NCBI RefSeq assembly: GCF_902652985.1
Contig: NC_047022.1
Coordinates: forward strand, 27,404,001-27,468,000
Direction of reading: 5' to 3'
Origin: Pecten maximus
Lineage: Eukaryota
Length of the DNA stretch: 64,000 bases
The translations under genes were made by a program, and so were the position numbers. Positions within the stretch are counted from its first letter, which is position 1. Each line of letters starts with the position of its first letter. Below, piece after piece: positions 47,401 through 59,300 of the stretch. The notes below the pieces were generated by a model, which saw only the letters and a program-made list of their open reading frames with translations, did not search any database and was not told the origin of the DNA.

Positions 47401-48294
47401 CCTTAAGAGAGTTCAATATTAAATGATATCATTGTAATATGTGTTGGAGTTTTTAATTCTTCTGATGTAGCCATGCTTGTGACACCTTAACAAATTGCGA
47501 TTGTTTCTCTGATATTTGTTTACGTCCTTCTTGCCCAATAAGTCACTATAGACCAGGGAAATATGGAATGATAGGATAACTGATGGACCCTTTATTGACC
47601 ATAACACTGACTGAGCGTACTAGTCCTCGCCGCCAATTGTAACACTGAACGTTAGATAGAGAGACGCCAAAACGATTGTGTAGTCTTTGGTTTGTATCGG
47701 CCATGTGACAGAAGCCTGAACCTTACTAAGTGTTGAACTATCAACTAAAGGATAGGGCAAGGCTTTATAGGAAGGAAATCAATGTTTTTCGTTAAGGAAA
47801 TACGATAAAAACCCAAAATTATTCGCCTCAAAAACAAATCACGTAAAGGCGGTATCAGATACTTTCTAATGTCTGCGTTATAAAATAGTCGTTATAATGT
47901 TACGTTATCGGGAACTGCTACAGAAAGCAAACCATGCGTCTATCACTTAGTTATAAATATATACAAGTAAACAGTGACTAATTTAAAATATTGATAAATA
48001 ATTTATGTTGATAGATAGATAATGTCGATAAATAATTAATGTCGATAAATAATTAATGTTGATAAATAAACAATGTTTTTCAATAAATAATTTTTGCAAA
48101 ATGTAATAGACAAGAAGAGAAATCGGACAAATACAAATATAAAAAGGGACGTGAAATCATTAAAATACATGCATGCTTTTATGTATGAAGAACGAATGTG
48201 CTTGTAAATTAGAAAGTGTTGGGTGGCAGTTTAAATTTTACAATATGTTACTTACCGCCAGCAATGCTAGAACACCACACAACAGCCACTCCAT
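23197..48294 (-). CDS. Secreted 3x von Willebrand factor A domain protein, paralogue B (matrilin/collagen VI-like vWA), about 710 aa, with 3 apparent +1 frameshifts; exons 48256-48294, 38126-38141, 36122-36739, 35872-35907, 35466-35502, 34013-34224, 32281-32503, 31950-32081, 31377-31403, 25188-25618, 24795-24917, 23197-23438
   Basis: Signal peptide MEWLLCGVLALLA-IKSTVG; three Cys-flanked vWA domains (DSSSS/TDG, DESSS/TDG, DSSAD/TGG). Exon-for-exon match in number, phase and size with paralogue A. Extra bases lie in exon 5 (CCC) and exon 10 (GG, A6). Confidence 0.85.
23510..23715 (+). repeat. Dispersed repeat, copy 2 (copy 1 at 15270-15510)
   Basis: Direct sequence similarity, with an internal deletion relative to copy 1. 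Confidence 0.85.
24795..24917 (-). CDS. vWA-B exon 11 (vWA domain 3b)
   Basis: GVGKKVGSDQLEDIAADNYYMVDDFSELDSILRVLTTSVCK, 123 nt. Confidence 0.9.
25188..25618 (-). CDS. vWA-B exon 10 (vWA domain 3a; two extra bases near the 3' end)
   Basis: CRQQVADVAFILDSSADI...KTHE/MAAEAKEK/GIHMFAI-G; 431 nt = 429+2. Confidence 0.88.
25723..30327. repeat. 18-bp satellite (tatatcactgactgtacg), about 4.6 kb, with 14- and 16-bp variants, in vWA-B intron 9
   Basis: Seen directly; it produces the spurious VIYVQS/SDIRTV ORFs. Confidence 0.98.
31377..31403 (-). CDS. vWA-B exon 9, 27-nt linker microexon (EKPTESMEE)
   Basis: aatgcag/GTAAGT; same size as 54898-54924. Confidence 0.75.
31950..32081 (-). CDS. vWA-B exon 8 (vWA domain 2c)
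   Basis: GVGAVYRPELDILASDPSSEFVF...RVCK, 132 nt. Confidence 0.92.
32281..32503 (-). CDS. vWA-B exon 7 (vWA domain 2b)
   Basis: VKTAVNK..GGNTYTDKAL..IIVTDGNS..MFAI-G, 223 nt. Confidence 0.93.
33277..34022. repeat. 54-55-bp minisatellite made of the vWA-B exon 6/intron 6 junction, about 14 copies
   Basis: Minus-strand unit = taaggatgag (last 10 nt of the exon) + gtagggtaatatatcacagttgtacaggtaaaccggtccacaat. Confidence 0.95.
34013..34224 (-). CDS. vWA-B exon 6 (vWA domain 2a)
   Basis: CQGKPADIFFILDESSSI...FTTKDE, 212 nt. Confidence 0.93.
35304..35422. mobile_element. Foldback/MITE-like inverted repeat (about 49-bp imperfect arms)
   Basis: catgggtctgttccgtggacagggatatctcaacccgagtgcaagagtt pairs with aactcttacacgagggttgagatatcattgttcgcggaacagacccatg. 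Confidence 0.7.
35466..35502 (-). CDS. vWA-B exon 5, linker microexon (37 nt; one extra base)
   Basis: PTIPQGEDPKE, homologous to the 36-nt exon 56740-56775 (PTKPSGEDPKE). Confidence 0.75.
35872..35907 (-). CDS. vWA-B exon 4, Pro/Thr linker microexon
   Basis: LVNIPAPIAPTT, 36 nt, AG/GTAAGT. Confidence 0.7.
36122..36739 (-). CDS. vWA-B exon 3 (vWA domain 1)
   Basis: CYADIAFVVDSSSSI...ILTDG...FAIGIG...RVCS, 618 nt. Confidence 0.93.
36974..37730 (+). mobile_element. 5'-truncated non-LTR retrotransposon (LINE, post-RT end of ORF2 plus 3' tail), antisense in vWA-B intron 2
   Basis: ILNYGSEI..VEKLH..CKQLLGVRKNTCNAMVYLELGRYPL is typical of the C-terminus of CR1/L2-group ORF2. It ends in a gagtc-ggaa-gactc stem-loop, AATAAA and a gaact-type tail. 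Confidence 0.8.
38126..38141 (-). CDS. vWA-B exon 2, 16-nt microexon (IKSTV-G)
   Basis: tttcag/GTAAGT; same size and phase as 58615-58630. Confidence 0.75.
38474..38738. repeat. 72-bp tandem repeat, about 3.7 identical copies
   Basis: aagattgcttgtgcacgagaacagggtgagaaaaacagggaatatcgacaacagtaattcataatc-type unit. Confidence 0.9.
39597..41960. repeat. 42-bp minisatellite, about 56 copies, in vWA-B intron 1
   Basis: Unit atagtgtcgggtgtaagagtatcaatagggtataataatttc. Confidence 0.97.
43369..43907. repeat. 57-bp minisatellite, about 9.5 copies
   Basis: Unit tactgggagggttttctaaaggtcgtgtgtaggtttccctttgtctctagttgt-type, near identical. Confidence 0.95.
44522..44684 (+). mobile_element. SINE 3' portion with (aaacc)n tail
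   Basis: cagtatgcttcagtgaggtagcactata core, ttaaatgaccttagctgttaataggacgttaaac and an aaacc tail. It is absent from the sister duplicate at about 42600. A related minus-strand copy lies at about 63655-63785. Confidence 0.65.
48256..48294 (-). CDS. vWA-B exon 1 (signal peptide)
   Basis: MEWLLCGVLALLA then GTAAGT; 39 nt, the same size as paralogue A exon 1; TATAAAA upstream. Confidence 0.8.
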
Positions 48295-48346
48295 GATGCT
48301 TCGCTGATACAGGTGACAAGTCCAGATTTAACAGCTGTATACTTTC

Positions 48347-48353
48347 TTTTATA
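48347..48353 (-). promoter_or_regulatory. Candidate TATA box of vWA-B
   Basis: TATAAAA about 55 nt upstream of the ATG; paralogue A has TATATAA at a similar position. Confidence 0.5.
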
Positions 48354-48739
48354 TCATTCGCATTCCTGTCTCGTCAGCAATTTCAAAATGAATCAGGTAA
48401 GCGGAAAGTTTTAGGCAGGTAAGCAGACAAAAATGCGTAAACAAATAAGCTAACTAACACGCTCTTGTGCGCTTTTCTAAATCTGGAATATTTTCGGATA
48501 AATGTTATATTTTCCGATGAACTTGCTTTCGTGCCCTCTATTTTTGGGACACGAAGGGGTCCAAAATAAATCTACAGCTCCCAATAATATTTGAGGTCTA
48601 TGTTTTCCCGTCTAACTTCATTTGCAATGTCTCACATTTTGGTTGTTTGAGGATCTATTCAGGACAGACAAGTCCTGTAAGCTATATCTAAACTGAGACA
48701 AACCCAAGTCTATATAACACGTATTGGCAACTCTCGGTT

Positions 48740-48900
48740 TAAAGTGTAAACTGTATGCATGCTTGTTGGAGGCGCGAGGAGGCATACTATTTGTGGAAAC
48801 CGGAGAAGACAAACGTTGGAAGGTGACACCATAGCTTTCCGGGGAATCGAACCCCGACCGCCTAGGTGAAAAACAGGTGTCACCACTGTGCCACACGAAC
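48740..48900 (-). mobile_element. tRNA-derived SINE head
   Basis: Pol III A box TGGCACAGTGG and B box GGTTCGATTCC, followed by a ttctccggtttcc core-like tract; no full cloverleaf. Confidence 0.65.
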
Positions 48901-50226
48901 ACGCATGACTATGTTTGATGGTAAAGGATGTTTAACCCACTGTCAGTTAATGTGACAAGGTGGGGTGTTGTACTACTGGGTCCAGGTGTGGCCTTTCATT
49001 ATGATGACGCTATACAATATTTGTTATTTGTTTACGCCGTCGCTAAATGACTTAATTGTTACACCTGTTCCTATACGTAACTCAATTAGTGTTAAACATT
49101 TACTGTTAGACAAGACACGTGTAACATGGTTACAGTTACTGATACACCTGTTTACATGTTCAAATTACACATCTACGTTAACACCCGGTACAGGTAACAG
49201 TTTGCCATTATTAATGTATTTTTTCGGCTCGCTCCATCTTTTGTTGAGATGATTTCATTTTATTTTCCGTATGTTTTAATGTCTGCTCGTCCTTTTATTG
49301 TAAGGTCACCCACGGGCTTTGTGGTCACCGTAAGGCCTTATTGTGTAGTATCCAGAAGGTGTTTATACATTACGTTCAGGTATACATATTTGCCACCCAC
49401 CATGAGGATACCTAGACAACCATAACGCTATATAGAGTATGCCTGGTGATAAGCTATTGAATTTTGTGGACATGTGTTTTTAGTTGAAAGTGCATGTTTT
49501 GTTATACAGACACAATTGTGATACACGAGCTAGACATGTAGATATACTTCCCAGATATACAATATCACGTGTCACATAAAGCTATGTTTAATGGACTATT
49601 AACTAGATAGATCAAATCGTATTAACAAGTGCATTGACACTTACACCTCCCTTTTTAAATGAATTTTATATAAATATAAACCTTTTATAGTATGATTTTA
49701 TAAAAAAAATGGTCACTGTCATCCAAAAAAAAAAACGGAAATAAAATAGTGTGGTGATATGTAAGTTTCTAAACACCTGTACAGATAGGTATGCGAATCG
49801 GTATGAAAGGAGAACGCTAAACCACACCTTACTTGTATTAACGATAAACGTGCTGATCCTAACGTCCATTTGATAACATTCCAGAGTCTTATGTAAATTG
49901 TCAATATAGGATTTTACGAGCCTGTCTGTATGTAAAGCTATTTAATGCAAAACAATGTGTGAACAAGATTACTGGGTTAAACCATAGAAAGACTAACGGC
50001 TATAAAATAAGTAAATATCACAAGTACCACGAAACTTTGGATACAAATCATCTGCTATTCAAACGTTTGTACAAGGCACCTTTTTATAATACAAATAAAG
50101 AGTTAGATACAGGTAGATAGGGTCAAAAATTAATAAATCTATACAATACAGCCGTCCTTCTGTTAGTGACCGTTAGGCGACTTATGAAACTAAAAATGTT
50201 ATAAAAATGTCAGAAACCTGATTTTT

Positions 50227-50267
50227 TGGGTTGGGGGGGTTGGGGGGTGGGGGGGGGGGGGGGGGGG
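50227..50267 (+). repeat. G-rich homopolymer tract (G-quadruplex-capable)
   Basis: At least four G runs separated by T or TT. Confidence 0.7.
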
Positions 50268-52513
50268 TGCAATAGCCCAATAATTTATATTACATTATGT
50301 TTGATAGTAGATTTCAAGAAAATGCAAATCGTGTTAGTATTCACATAAATCAAAACGTACCTTACAAGATACCACACAAAGTATAAAGGATGCTAGTGTT
50401 AAGGGGACAACCATCATGAAGGAGAACAACAACAAGGTCACACTAAACGACAACGACAAGGCTACTGAAGGTCGCAACTCCCATTGAAAGTATGGGCTAC
50501 TGAAATAACATCTTTACCATCTACCTACGTTATGGTATATCAAGTGCCGATATATGTAAATTGTATATACATCTATGTCTACAACAACAGAAGTGTTTAA
50601 TTCATGTCAGTAAAATCAGCAATGATCCGTTTTCGCGACGTTAACAACAGAGACGGTATTTGGATTAAATATGTAGGCTTCCATATTTAATCATGTTAAT
50701 GCTAACTCATGTTGTCCGTATACGACCCTGAATAAATCGAGGGCTTCTAACCCGATTCATTACAAATTACACTGAATACCATACGTTTCTAGACACTTAA
50801 CATACAACTACATGTATCTTGATATTCAGTAAAACTGGTTCATCAGTTATTGAATTATTGATTGTAATTACTCTCTGATGATTATTTTTCATAATACATT
50901 CATAATCTATCCCTTTAATACTTTTGCAATATCATGTGCCCTTTTTTGGAAATTTCCTTAACGCTCTTCACAATACAATTGTTTTGATAAGGAGCGTAAT
51001 TTAATTGTACATGAGTAAGAAGTGATGAGAGGGCCTCCCCTGAACTTCCTGGTTTATTTGCTATTATCAAAATAACTCCTTTTCTGATGCGCGTACATGT
51101 ATAATATATAAACAAGGCAAAAGAAAGATTGAATTTAATTTCTAAATTGTTTCAGAACAGGGATGTGTGATTTTTCTCTGATCATTTATCAAGAAAAGAT
51201 GTTTTCTGTGACATGCATTTATATTGATATCAAAAAGCATAACAACAATGCTGACTTCTATTTTTGAATATTTTCTAAAGGAAACATAAACCTGTCCCTT
51301 CTAAATCTTAGATATTTTCAATGTATGAACATGTATTTTTAAAACATTGTGTCATTATTTGTTTAAAATTCAAGAAATATTTGGTACAATACCTACAGTG
51401 TATAATGACCTCATCCGGCATTCACTCGGCTGTGAAGTGTTTCAATCCAAGGAAGATGGCCTAACATTTATTGTACCAATCTCAAAGGTATTTGACAGAA
51501 AGTGAACAGTTCAATTTACTTATTGCTGTACCGGCTCTATCACTTTACATGAATAACCAGTATACATTATGGGAGCAGATACTATAAACGACTAGACCAA
51601 TTTATCAAACACTGGACATTTAACAATAATTTTTTCTCTGATAACTTCTATTCTGTCGATTTTTGTTTTGTTTTATTCTATCGCGTGTTTTTATATTGTT
51701 TTGAGCTTAAGAAACATGATATTGAACCTTATCCAATTTCAAGTTATGATACATATACCACATTTGTATTTGTAAAATAGTATTTTCTTATTTAAAAATG
51801 TTTTTAAGATTAACAGCTTTAAATATGGATTGCGTATAGGAGTATGCCGATTAATGGATACAACTGTTTCTTCATATCGTCATATCTAATGTTAGCGATC
51901 AAACGTGTGAGAATCTAGACGGGCATTCGGGAAGATCATCAAAGATTTGGAAGTTAAGATGGAATTCGGAAAGGCATCAAACCGTTGGAATTAAAAAAAT
52001 CGCCAAGGCCAGGTTAAAGTACAGATACATATGTACATTAACTCCTATTCGCGTGCATTCACTAACCCTTATATTACATACACATGTATATAATAAATGT
52101 TTTAATACATTAACCTGTCAATAGCATTTTTCGAGGATTTTATTTAAAACTTTTACAGCGTTGAATGCTTGTCGCAAATATCAAATGACACCCATGGCAT
52201 ATACTTATATCAATGAAAAAATATAGTTAAGACCCACAAATAAAATCAGCAACAAATAATTCGTTATTATACCCAAAGTTACATTAAAATATAGAGGCGA
52301 TGTACCTTACAATGTCTTTACAATGCAAGTAGTGATGCATTGACTATAAATTAAAAATAAAAACAAAACAAAACAAAAAAGGGAAGCTTAAACGTTCGGA
52401 ATGTGGTAATAGCGTGAAGTATATACCACGGTCTGTTCTTATTTTCAATAGATCGTAATTTGTCGGAGATGAAGCATCTTAGATATTGTGAGGTATGTGT
52501 AACACAGTATTAC

Positions 52514-52557
52514 AACGTAACGTAGTGATAATGACCATCTATATTTTAATTAGATTG
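52514..52557 (+). mobile_element. 44-bp micro-insertion with a 10-bp target-site duplication
   Basis: acagtattac at 52504-52513 and 52558-52567; the insert ends gaccatctatattttaattagattg. Confidence 0.7.
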
Positions 52558-53223
52558 ACAGTATTACTTCCTTTTACAGATACACATAGAGATCATACCG
52601 ACTCGCACGGGAAACAGCACAAACATATGGCAGTCTGTGATGTCGTGTTATACTGCAGTACATAAAGGGAGAGAACATCACTTGAGAGGAGAACTTACAA
52701 CGTTAACAGGGGGAACTAATTTTATTCCTGGTCATAGAAAATATGAATGTTCATGAATGACGTAAACACTGGTAACAAACGATCATATCACGCTTTTTAA
52801 ACGAGAAAATCATGAAAAAGCACAATACAGCGAAATTATAGATATAATCTATTCTTTATTTTCAATCTTTGTAAATTATATACGTAAGTATATATAATGT
52901 ACACTCGTCATATATAATGTGTAAGATATGAATAATTCTCCTTTACTGCTGATGAACGGCTTCTTTGTTAACACATATCGTTAGTCGATGTTTCAATTTC
53001 CATTTGTATTTACGAAACTGACATCATCTTTAAAATATAACAGATCATTAACGATCTTCACCATATATTTATTCCATATCTTTGGTTACTTTGTTTTGTA
53101 GAATAAATTTGTGATCAACTTTGTCAACATCTCACTCTTTAAAATCTTTTCTGACCGCGATCAGAGTCCACTAGTTTGTTTGTAATGGTAACGATCATGA
53201 CTAGAATATTTTAAAGCGTGGTT

Positions 53224-53351
53224 TCAGTTGAACGACGAAGCTTTTTTCAGTATGTCAATAAGCGTCTCCATCTCCGCAGGAACTACGTCATCGAGCCCCT
53301 TCCCTAGTCCCCATGTCTCAGACGTTCGCTTTCCCTTGGCTTTTTTCCTTC
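53224..53351 (-). CDS. vWA-A exon 12 (tail, stop)
   Basis: GRKKAKGKRTSETWGLGKGLDDVVPAEMETLIDILKKASSFN*, 128 nt. Confidence 0.85.
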
Positions 53352-56300
53352 CTACAAAGTATAACCAAATAATATTTTTGGGGGTTAATGTGGCATACCA
53401 TCAAAACAAAAACGCAAAGATGGAATCCAAAATGTCAGTAAGTTTTGGGTTTTGATTCGCTGTTCATAACAATCTCCTCAGGCTACTCATGCAAGATTAA
53501 TGTACTAAGGCACCTTTCTCTTGCTTTTTGTTCACAAAATGGATTAATGACACCTAACCAAGTGACATATCTGATCAAATGAAAATTGTCATTTATAGAA
53601 AGAATAATATTTTTCTCTGTCTTAAAAGCAAAAATAAGTTTTGACCGAATCACATATACCTACACATTACAAGACTGATAATTCGATACGAGGTCTGGAG
53701 ACAAACGTTTGGTGAGATGTTCCATATTTTCAAAGCGTAGACTCAAAAGGATTCCTGTTCCTTGGAATCAATAACAAAGTGGACACATAGGTAAACATAG
53801 ATACATTTTATCGTTTGTACGGTTAGAATCAGTTATCGTATGTAATATTACATATGACTTACCCTTGCAAGTTTTTAGAGCGAGGGCCTGGCGGATTGAA
53901 TTGAGTGAGGAAAAGTCATCGACCATGAAATAACTATCAAGGTCAGAAGACATGATCCTCAGTTCATCCTCAACGATGTACTGACCGACACCTGTAATAT
54001 ACGGATATAACAGTGTACTGCGTTTTCATATCATATAGGCAAGGTAAACTAAATATATGTAGTATCACTTGAAAAGAATTAACTTTTAGATCGCATTGAT
54101 ACTCAAAATATAATCCCTGAAATACTCGTTTGAAAGCCACCGTAGTATCGCAAATCTAATAACCCTTAAACGAAATTCAACCCATTTTATTTATTTCTTT
54201 ATTGATAGCACTACCGTAACATACCTATTGCATACATGCGTATCCCTAGTTCCTTCGCCGCTGCCGCCATAGCGTACGTTTTCTTGGGCTCACGTGAATT
54301 CCCATCAGTAATTATTATTCCTATCTTCGGTACATCGCTTCCCCGTGCACCAAAGTCTGCTGTGAACATCTGTTCGAACATCATTTGTATGGCCTCTGCG
54401 GTATACGTAAGTCCTGTTCTATAATGGACTTTTGAGAGAGCCTTTTCTACTTCGGCTGATGATGTGTACGTATCGAGGTTGAACTCAATCTGTGCTGTAT
54501 TGGCGAAGGTTATAAGGCCAACTTGGGTGGAATCTAATCCAATATCAAACTGATTTACCACGTCCTTTATAAAACCGATGAGCTTATTAAAGTCTGACTG
54601 TCCAATACTAGTAGAGGCGTCCGCAATAAACGCAATATCTGCAACCTGTCGTCTACAAACTATATAAACAAATAGATAAATAAACTTCATAACTTTAAAA
54701 AATGTCATCATTAATTATTTTATTTCCTGAAAGTTGTGCAGATGTAATCACATACTAATTTTGAACAAAACCAAATATTAATATAAAACTACCCAATATG
54801 GAGGACTATTTAAGTTGTTTGTGACATAAATGGTCTAAATGGTCTAACCAGAATGTTTAAACCTGTGTCACACGAATCAAATTGTTGTGTTACTTACTTT
54901 CCTGTGGTCTGTCTTGTTGGTCCTCTGGAAAACAAATTTTTGAATTACTAAAATATTGCTGAAGTGTATTTCATTGTACAAAATGAACTGTTGTGAAATA
55001 TTATTTTCTGTTTAAAATTGAATCAATTTCATATCAATGAGTCACTGTTCCTAATATTTATGTTCTCAATACGTTTTGATATAATTCCGTTAACGACACC
55101 TGAAGCCTTTCAGTGTTTTACCTTTGCAGACCCGGTATGCCAAAATGTCCTTGATTGTGTTGAGAGCTCCAAGATTCTCGACAGTAAAGACATAGTCAGA
55201 ATTCGGGTCGGACGCCAGGGTGTTAAGCTCGGCTCTGTTCACGGATCCAATACCTACGGAGACATGTTTTCCAGTAATTCATTCCATTTGGATTCCAATA
55301 TACATGTACGTGTATATTATTATCAGGTCTTTTGTAAGATTAGACACCTTGGTAAGGGTCATTAAACAGTTAAGTATTTAGAATAAAGTTGGCGATTTAT
55401 ATTATATTCTAAACAAACCCAGCCGCCTTTGTCAGAAAGTTTTCAGAGCATATTATGGTCAAACCCAGCCATCTTTGTCAGAAAGTTTTCAGATCATGTT
55501 ATGGTCAAACCCAGCCATCTTTGTCAAAAAGTTTTCAGAACATGTTATGGTTAAACCCAGCCATCTTTGTCAGAAAGTTTTCAGAGCATGTTATGGTCTA
55601 TAAACTGTATTCCACACTGCCCCTGCCGTTAACACCAGCATGTGCATTATATTTATACTTCTTGAACATATTGTTGATTTTAGCCAAAAGCTTGAACAGA
55701 ATTTTAATGATCCTACCTATTGCAAACATGTAAATCCCCTTGTTAAGAACTTGCGCTGCTTGTCTACGAGTCTTGTATGGGTCGGTAGAGTTCCCGTCCG
55801 TGACGATTATCCCAACCTGTGCCACGCCTTTCCGAGCTCCATTCCCGACTGTGAAACCTTCATTCATGAGCATTTTGAGAGCCTCGTTGGTGTAGGTGTT
55901 TCCCCCCTGCCAGTCTATTGCCTTTACGGCGGTCTTTACCTAGAAATAAGGTGAGGTTAGAATGTTTATAACAGACAACTTTCATTCATACCACAGAGAC
56001 ATATTTCTGTGTAGTAGATAAAGAAAGAATGGTATGTTGGTAACGTTGTACTTTTTATTGATTGCATGTCCTGTATCTTGCGGATGTGGTGACGATTTTT
56101 TTATCAGTTTAATACTGAAATACTAGAATTAAATGTGACCACGTTTTCCCTCTGCATACTATTTACTTTACTAATTACCTGGATTAAGAGACCACCTATC
56201 GTCTGTGATCTATTTTTTGCCTCCCTTGGAATGTCACATTTGGCAGGTTTAACTGTACATTAAACATGAGAGAGAAAATGAACTGACTACGTTTTGCAAT

Positions 56301-59300
56301 AACGTATATGTGCATTCCAATGTGCTTAAAGTCACTTTTTAAGCTGTACGGTCACGTGACTACTGATTTACATACCTCATCTTTACTGGTGTAACGGTTG
56401 AGAGGGAAACGCATGGTTGCATTGCTACTGAAGGTTATGACCCCAACATGGGTGAGGTCATTTCCTACGTCTAGGTAGTCGACGACCTGATTCACAAAGG
56501 ACAATTCCAACCGGAAGTTCTGGGCTGTATGAATGCTACTGGATTCATCAATTATGAAAAAGACGTCTGCCGGTTTTCCTTGGCACACTGTAACAACATA
56601 ATATTATGATTACCTTTAAAGATTCCACGGTCATATATATACTAGATGGGACTATATGAAAAATGACACGTGCGTATTCGATTTGTGACGTAGAAGTCAT
56701 AGTTATGTTAAACTTTCCTATATCGAAGTGTAAGTTTACCTTCTTTTGGATCTTCTCCAGATGGTTTGGTTGGTGCTGAAAAGATAAAAGAGTATGCTGT
56801 AGCAATATGCAAAAGACGTTTATTTACAGACAGGGAGTTAACAAGGTTAACGAAAATAATTTCAAAATAAAATACATGCATATAGGCGTTGATAAAAGTT
56901 ATTCACTCACGCATCCTACTTACTAATTGGTTGAGAGCTTGTGACTGGAGGAGGCTGTGTTGTGACAGCTAAAATAAATAAAATATGAAATAAAAGTAAG
57001 CTTTACTTATTCAGTAGATACATGATTGTTTATTGATATACATGTACTTTTACCATCTTTATTATAAAACGTTCGAACATCTGTTTAAGCGCGTTAATTC
57101 ATGGTTCATGATTGATGATACTAATAAAATAGCTGATATCGTGGTATATTTGCATATAAGAAGCAGTTTTCTCACCGTAACATGCCCTGTAAGACAGTTC
57201 CTCTTTGATTTTTTCCGTGTTTAACTGATTGTAGCTGTCGACCTTGATGACAAACGTGTCGTCTGGATCAGAAGCTATACCATTGAGTTCGTCCATATTC
57301 ACGGAAGATCCGATTCCAACAGCAAACATGTATATGTTGTCGTTCCTTGCTAATTTAGCTTGCTTTTGCGTTTCGGCCTTACCCTGTCTGGAAGAATATC
57401 TGTCATAGCCCCCGGGGTTGGTTGTTCCGTCTGTCAGGACAATGCCCACATGGACAGCATCGTCACGAGCACCGTTGCCCGGAGCAAATAGATAGGTGCG
57501 CATGCGTTCAATGGCTTTGTACGTCCTAGTGGCTGGGCCTTCGCTATAACGAATGTTACTAACGTCTTTAATTACACTTGCTTGGTCAGCATTTGTTTTG
57601 AACCTGAACTCGTCATATACATTTGCGCTATAGGAGACTGCTGCAAATTGGACATCTTCAGGACTCACGTCAAACCGTCTAACTACATCTTCGATAAACC
57701 TTTTTTGAACTTCAAAATCCACCTCCCATATACTGCTGGAGGAGTCAACAACGAAAGCGATGTCCACCTTGCATTTCAGTTGATCAATATTTCGACCTAA
57801 CAACATAAGGACGGATCATATCTTAGTAGCACAGTTTAATAACTATATGGTAACATGACAAAAAAAGGGGGAAAAAGAACTGAAAAAGAAAAATCGGGGA
57901 AACTTAGCTTTAGGTATAGAGGTGATATAAAAACAAAAGGAAATGTGTCAAAAACTAAACATGTAATTATAATTGACATTTGGATCATGGTTTAATAAAT
58001 GTAACTTTTAAATTTTGTTCATTATGATGATAAAATTGATTGATAGATGTTTCAACAGGTGTAAAAGTCATGATGTCTTATCTTACACTCGGGAAACATA
58101 GTATACGCATTTGTGTTGTATTTGTTTTTATATTATTATCATTTTAATGCAATGCCGCATACGTTATCTGTACCTTCAATCTAACAACATTTTCCATTGC
58201 TAATATTTTTTAAATGAGGTTCATTAGCAATATTAATGAGTTACATTGTTTACATTGAGACGTTGCATTGTTTATATATATGAGGTACATTACGCTCGTC
58301 TTAAAACGTGAGCATAGTAGATGGTGCTTTGTTTTCCAACATACCATGCGACAATCTACTGGATCTTATCGCGTATTACTATTCTTCATATAACAAACCG
58401 ACATTTTCCATTGTTAACATTTAATGGAAATAATGGCAAGATTTGATTAGGTACATATAATATATTGATAGAAGACATTCATAGTTAAATGACATTGTTT
58501 GCAATTAAACTTTTTAGAGTGACGGGTCACGCTACGTTGCCTATCTCATGGTCTCAAACACACAACTTTTTCAAGAAGAATATTGTCTCTATCGGGTTCA
58601 TGTAAATAACTTACCATTAGCCAAGTTGATCTGAAAATGTACAAGTAGCTTGTTAGGAAGTGATACAAATACGGAACATGCACGTCAAAGAAATGGAGAT
58701 TTCCTTTAATATTAAAACATAAAAATGTCTATCTAGAATAACGCAATCTAATTAAAATCTAGATGGTCATTATCACTACGTTACATGAACACCATCTATA
58801 TTTTAATTAGATTGAGAATAACGTTGCACAAAACATGAAAACAAGTAGTCTGCAGCAATATTGAGTATTCTAAATTATTCCGATTTTTGTGTTATATTCC
58901 AGACTTAATCAAAATAAATTATACAAAAAATTTAAATGGGAAAATGACAAATACAGATATATAGACAAAAACGACCAGTACAATACTAAATAGTACAAAT
59001 ATAGCAAAAACCATTATGTTTTAATTTTTAAATTGTTTTAAGAATAACGATACAATGATAAATACATGTCTTTAATGAAATGAAGCGGAGTGCGAAATTG
59101 TTCTGTCCAAAGTGAAATGATATACTTAATATAAAAAACAATTCATGATAGTGCCTCTGCAGATTGTGACACGTTTTAAGATAGTCACTAAGCTTGTTTC
59201 TGTGTATAGTCAGACATAGTATAAAGTATGTAAACATGACTATTGATATTACATATTTTAAATGTATCTTCAGACAGAATATTCAAACAAAAATAGTAGC

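Noticed and set aside
48835-48900. tRNA gene
   Set aside because: A and B boxes are present, but there is no convincing acceptor or anticodon stem and it runs into SINE-like body sequence.
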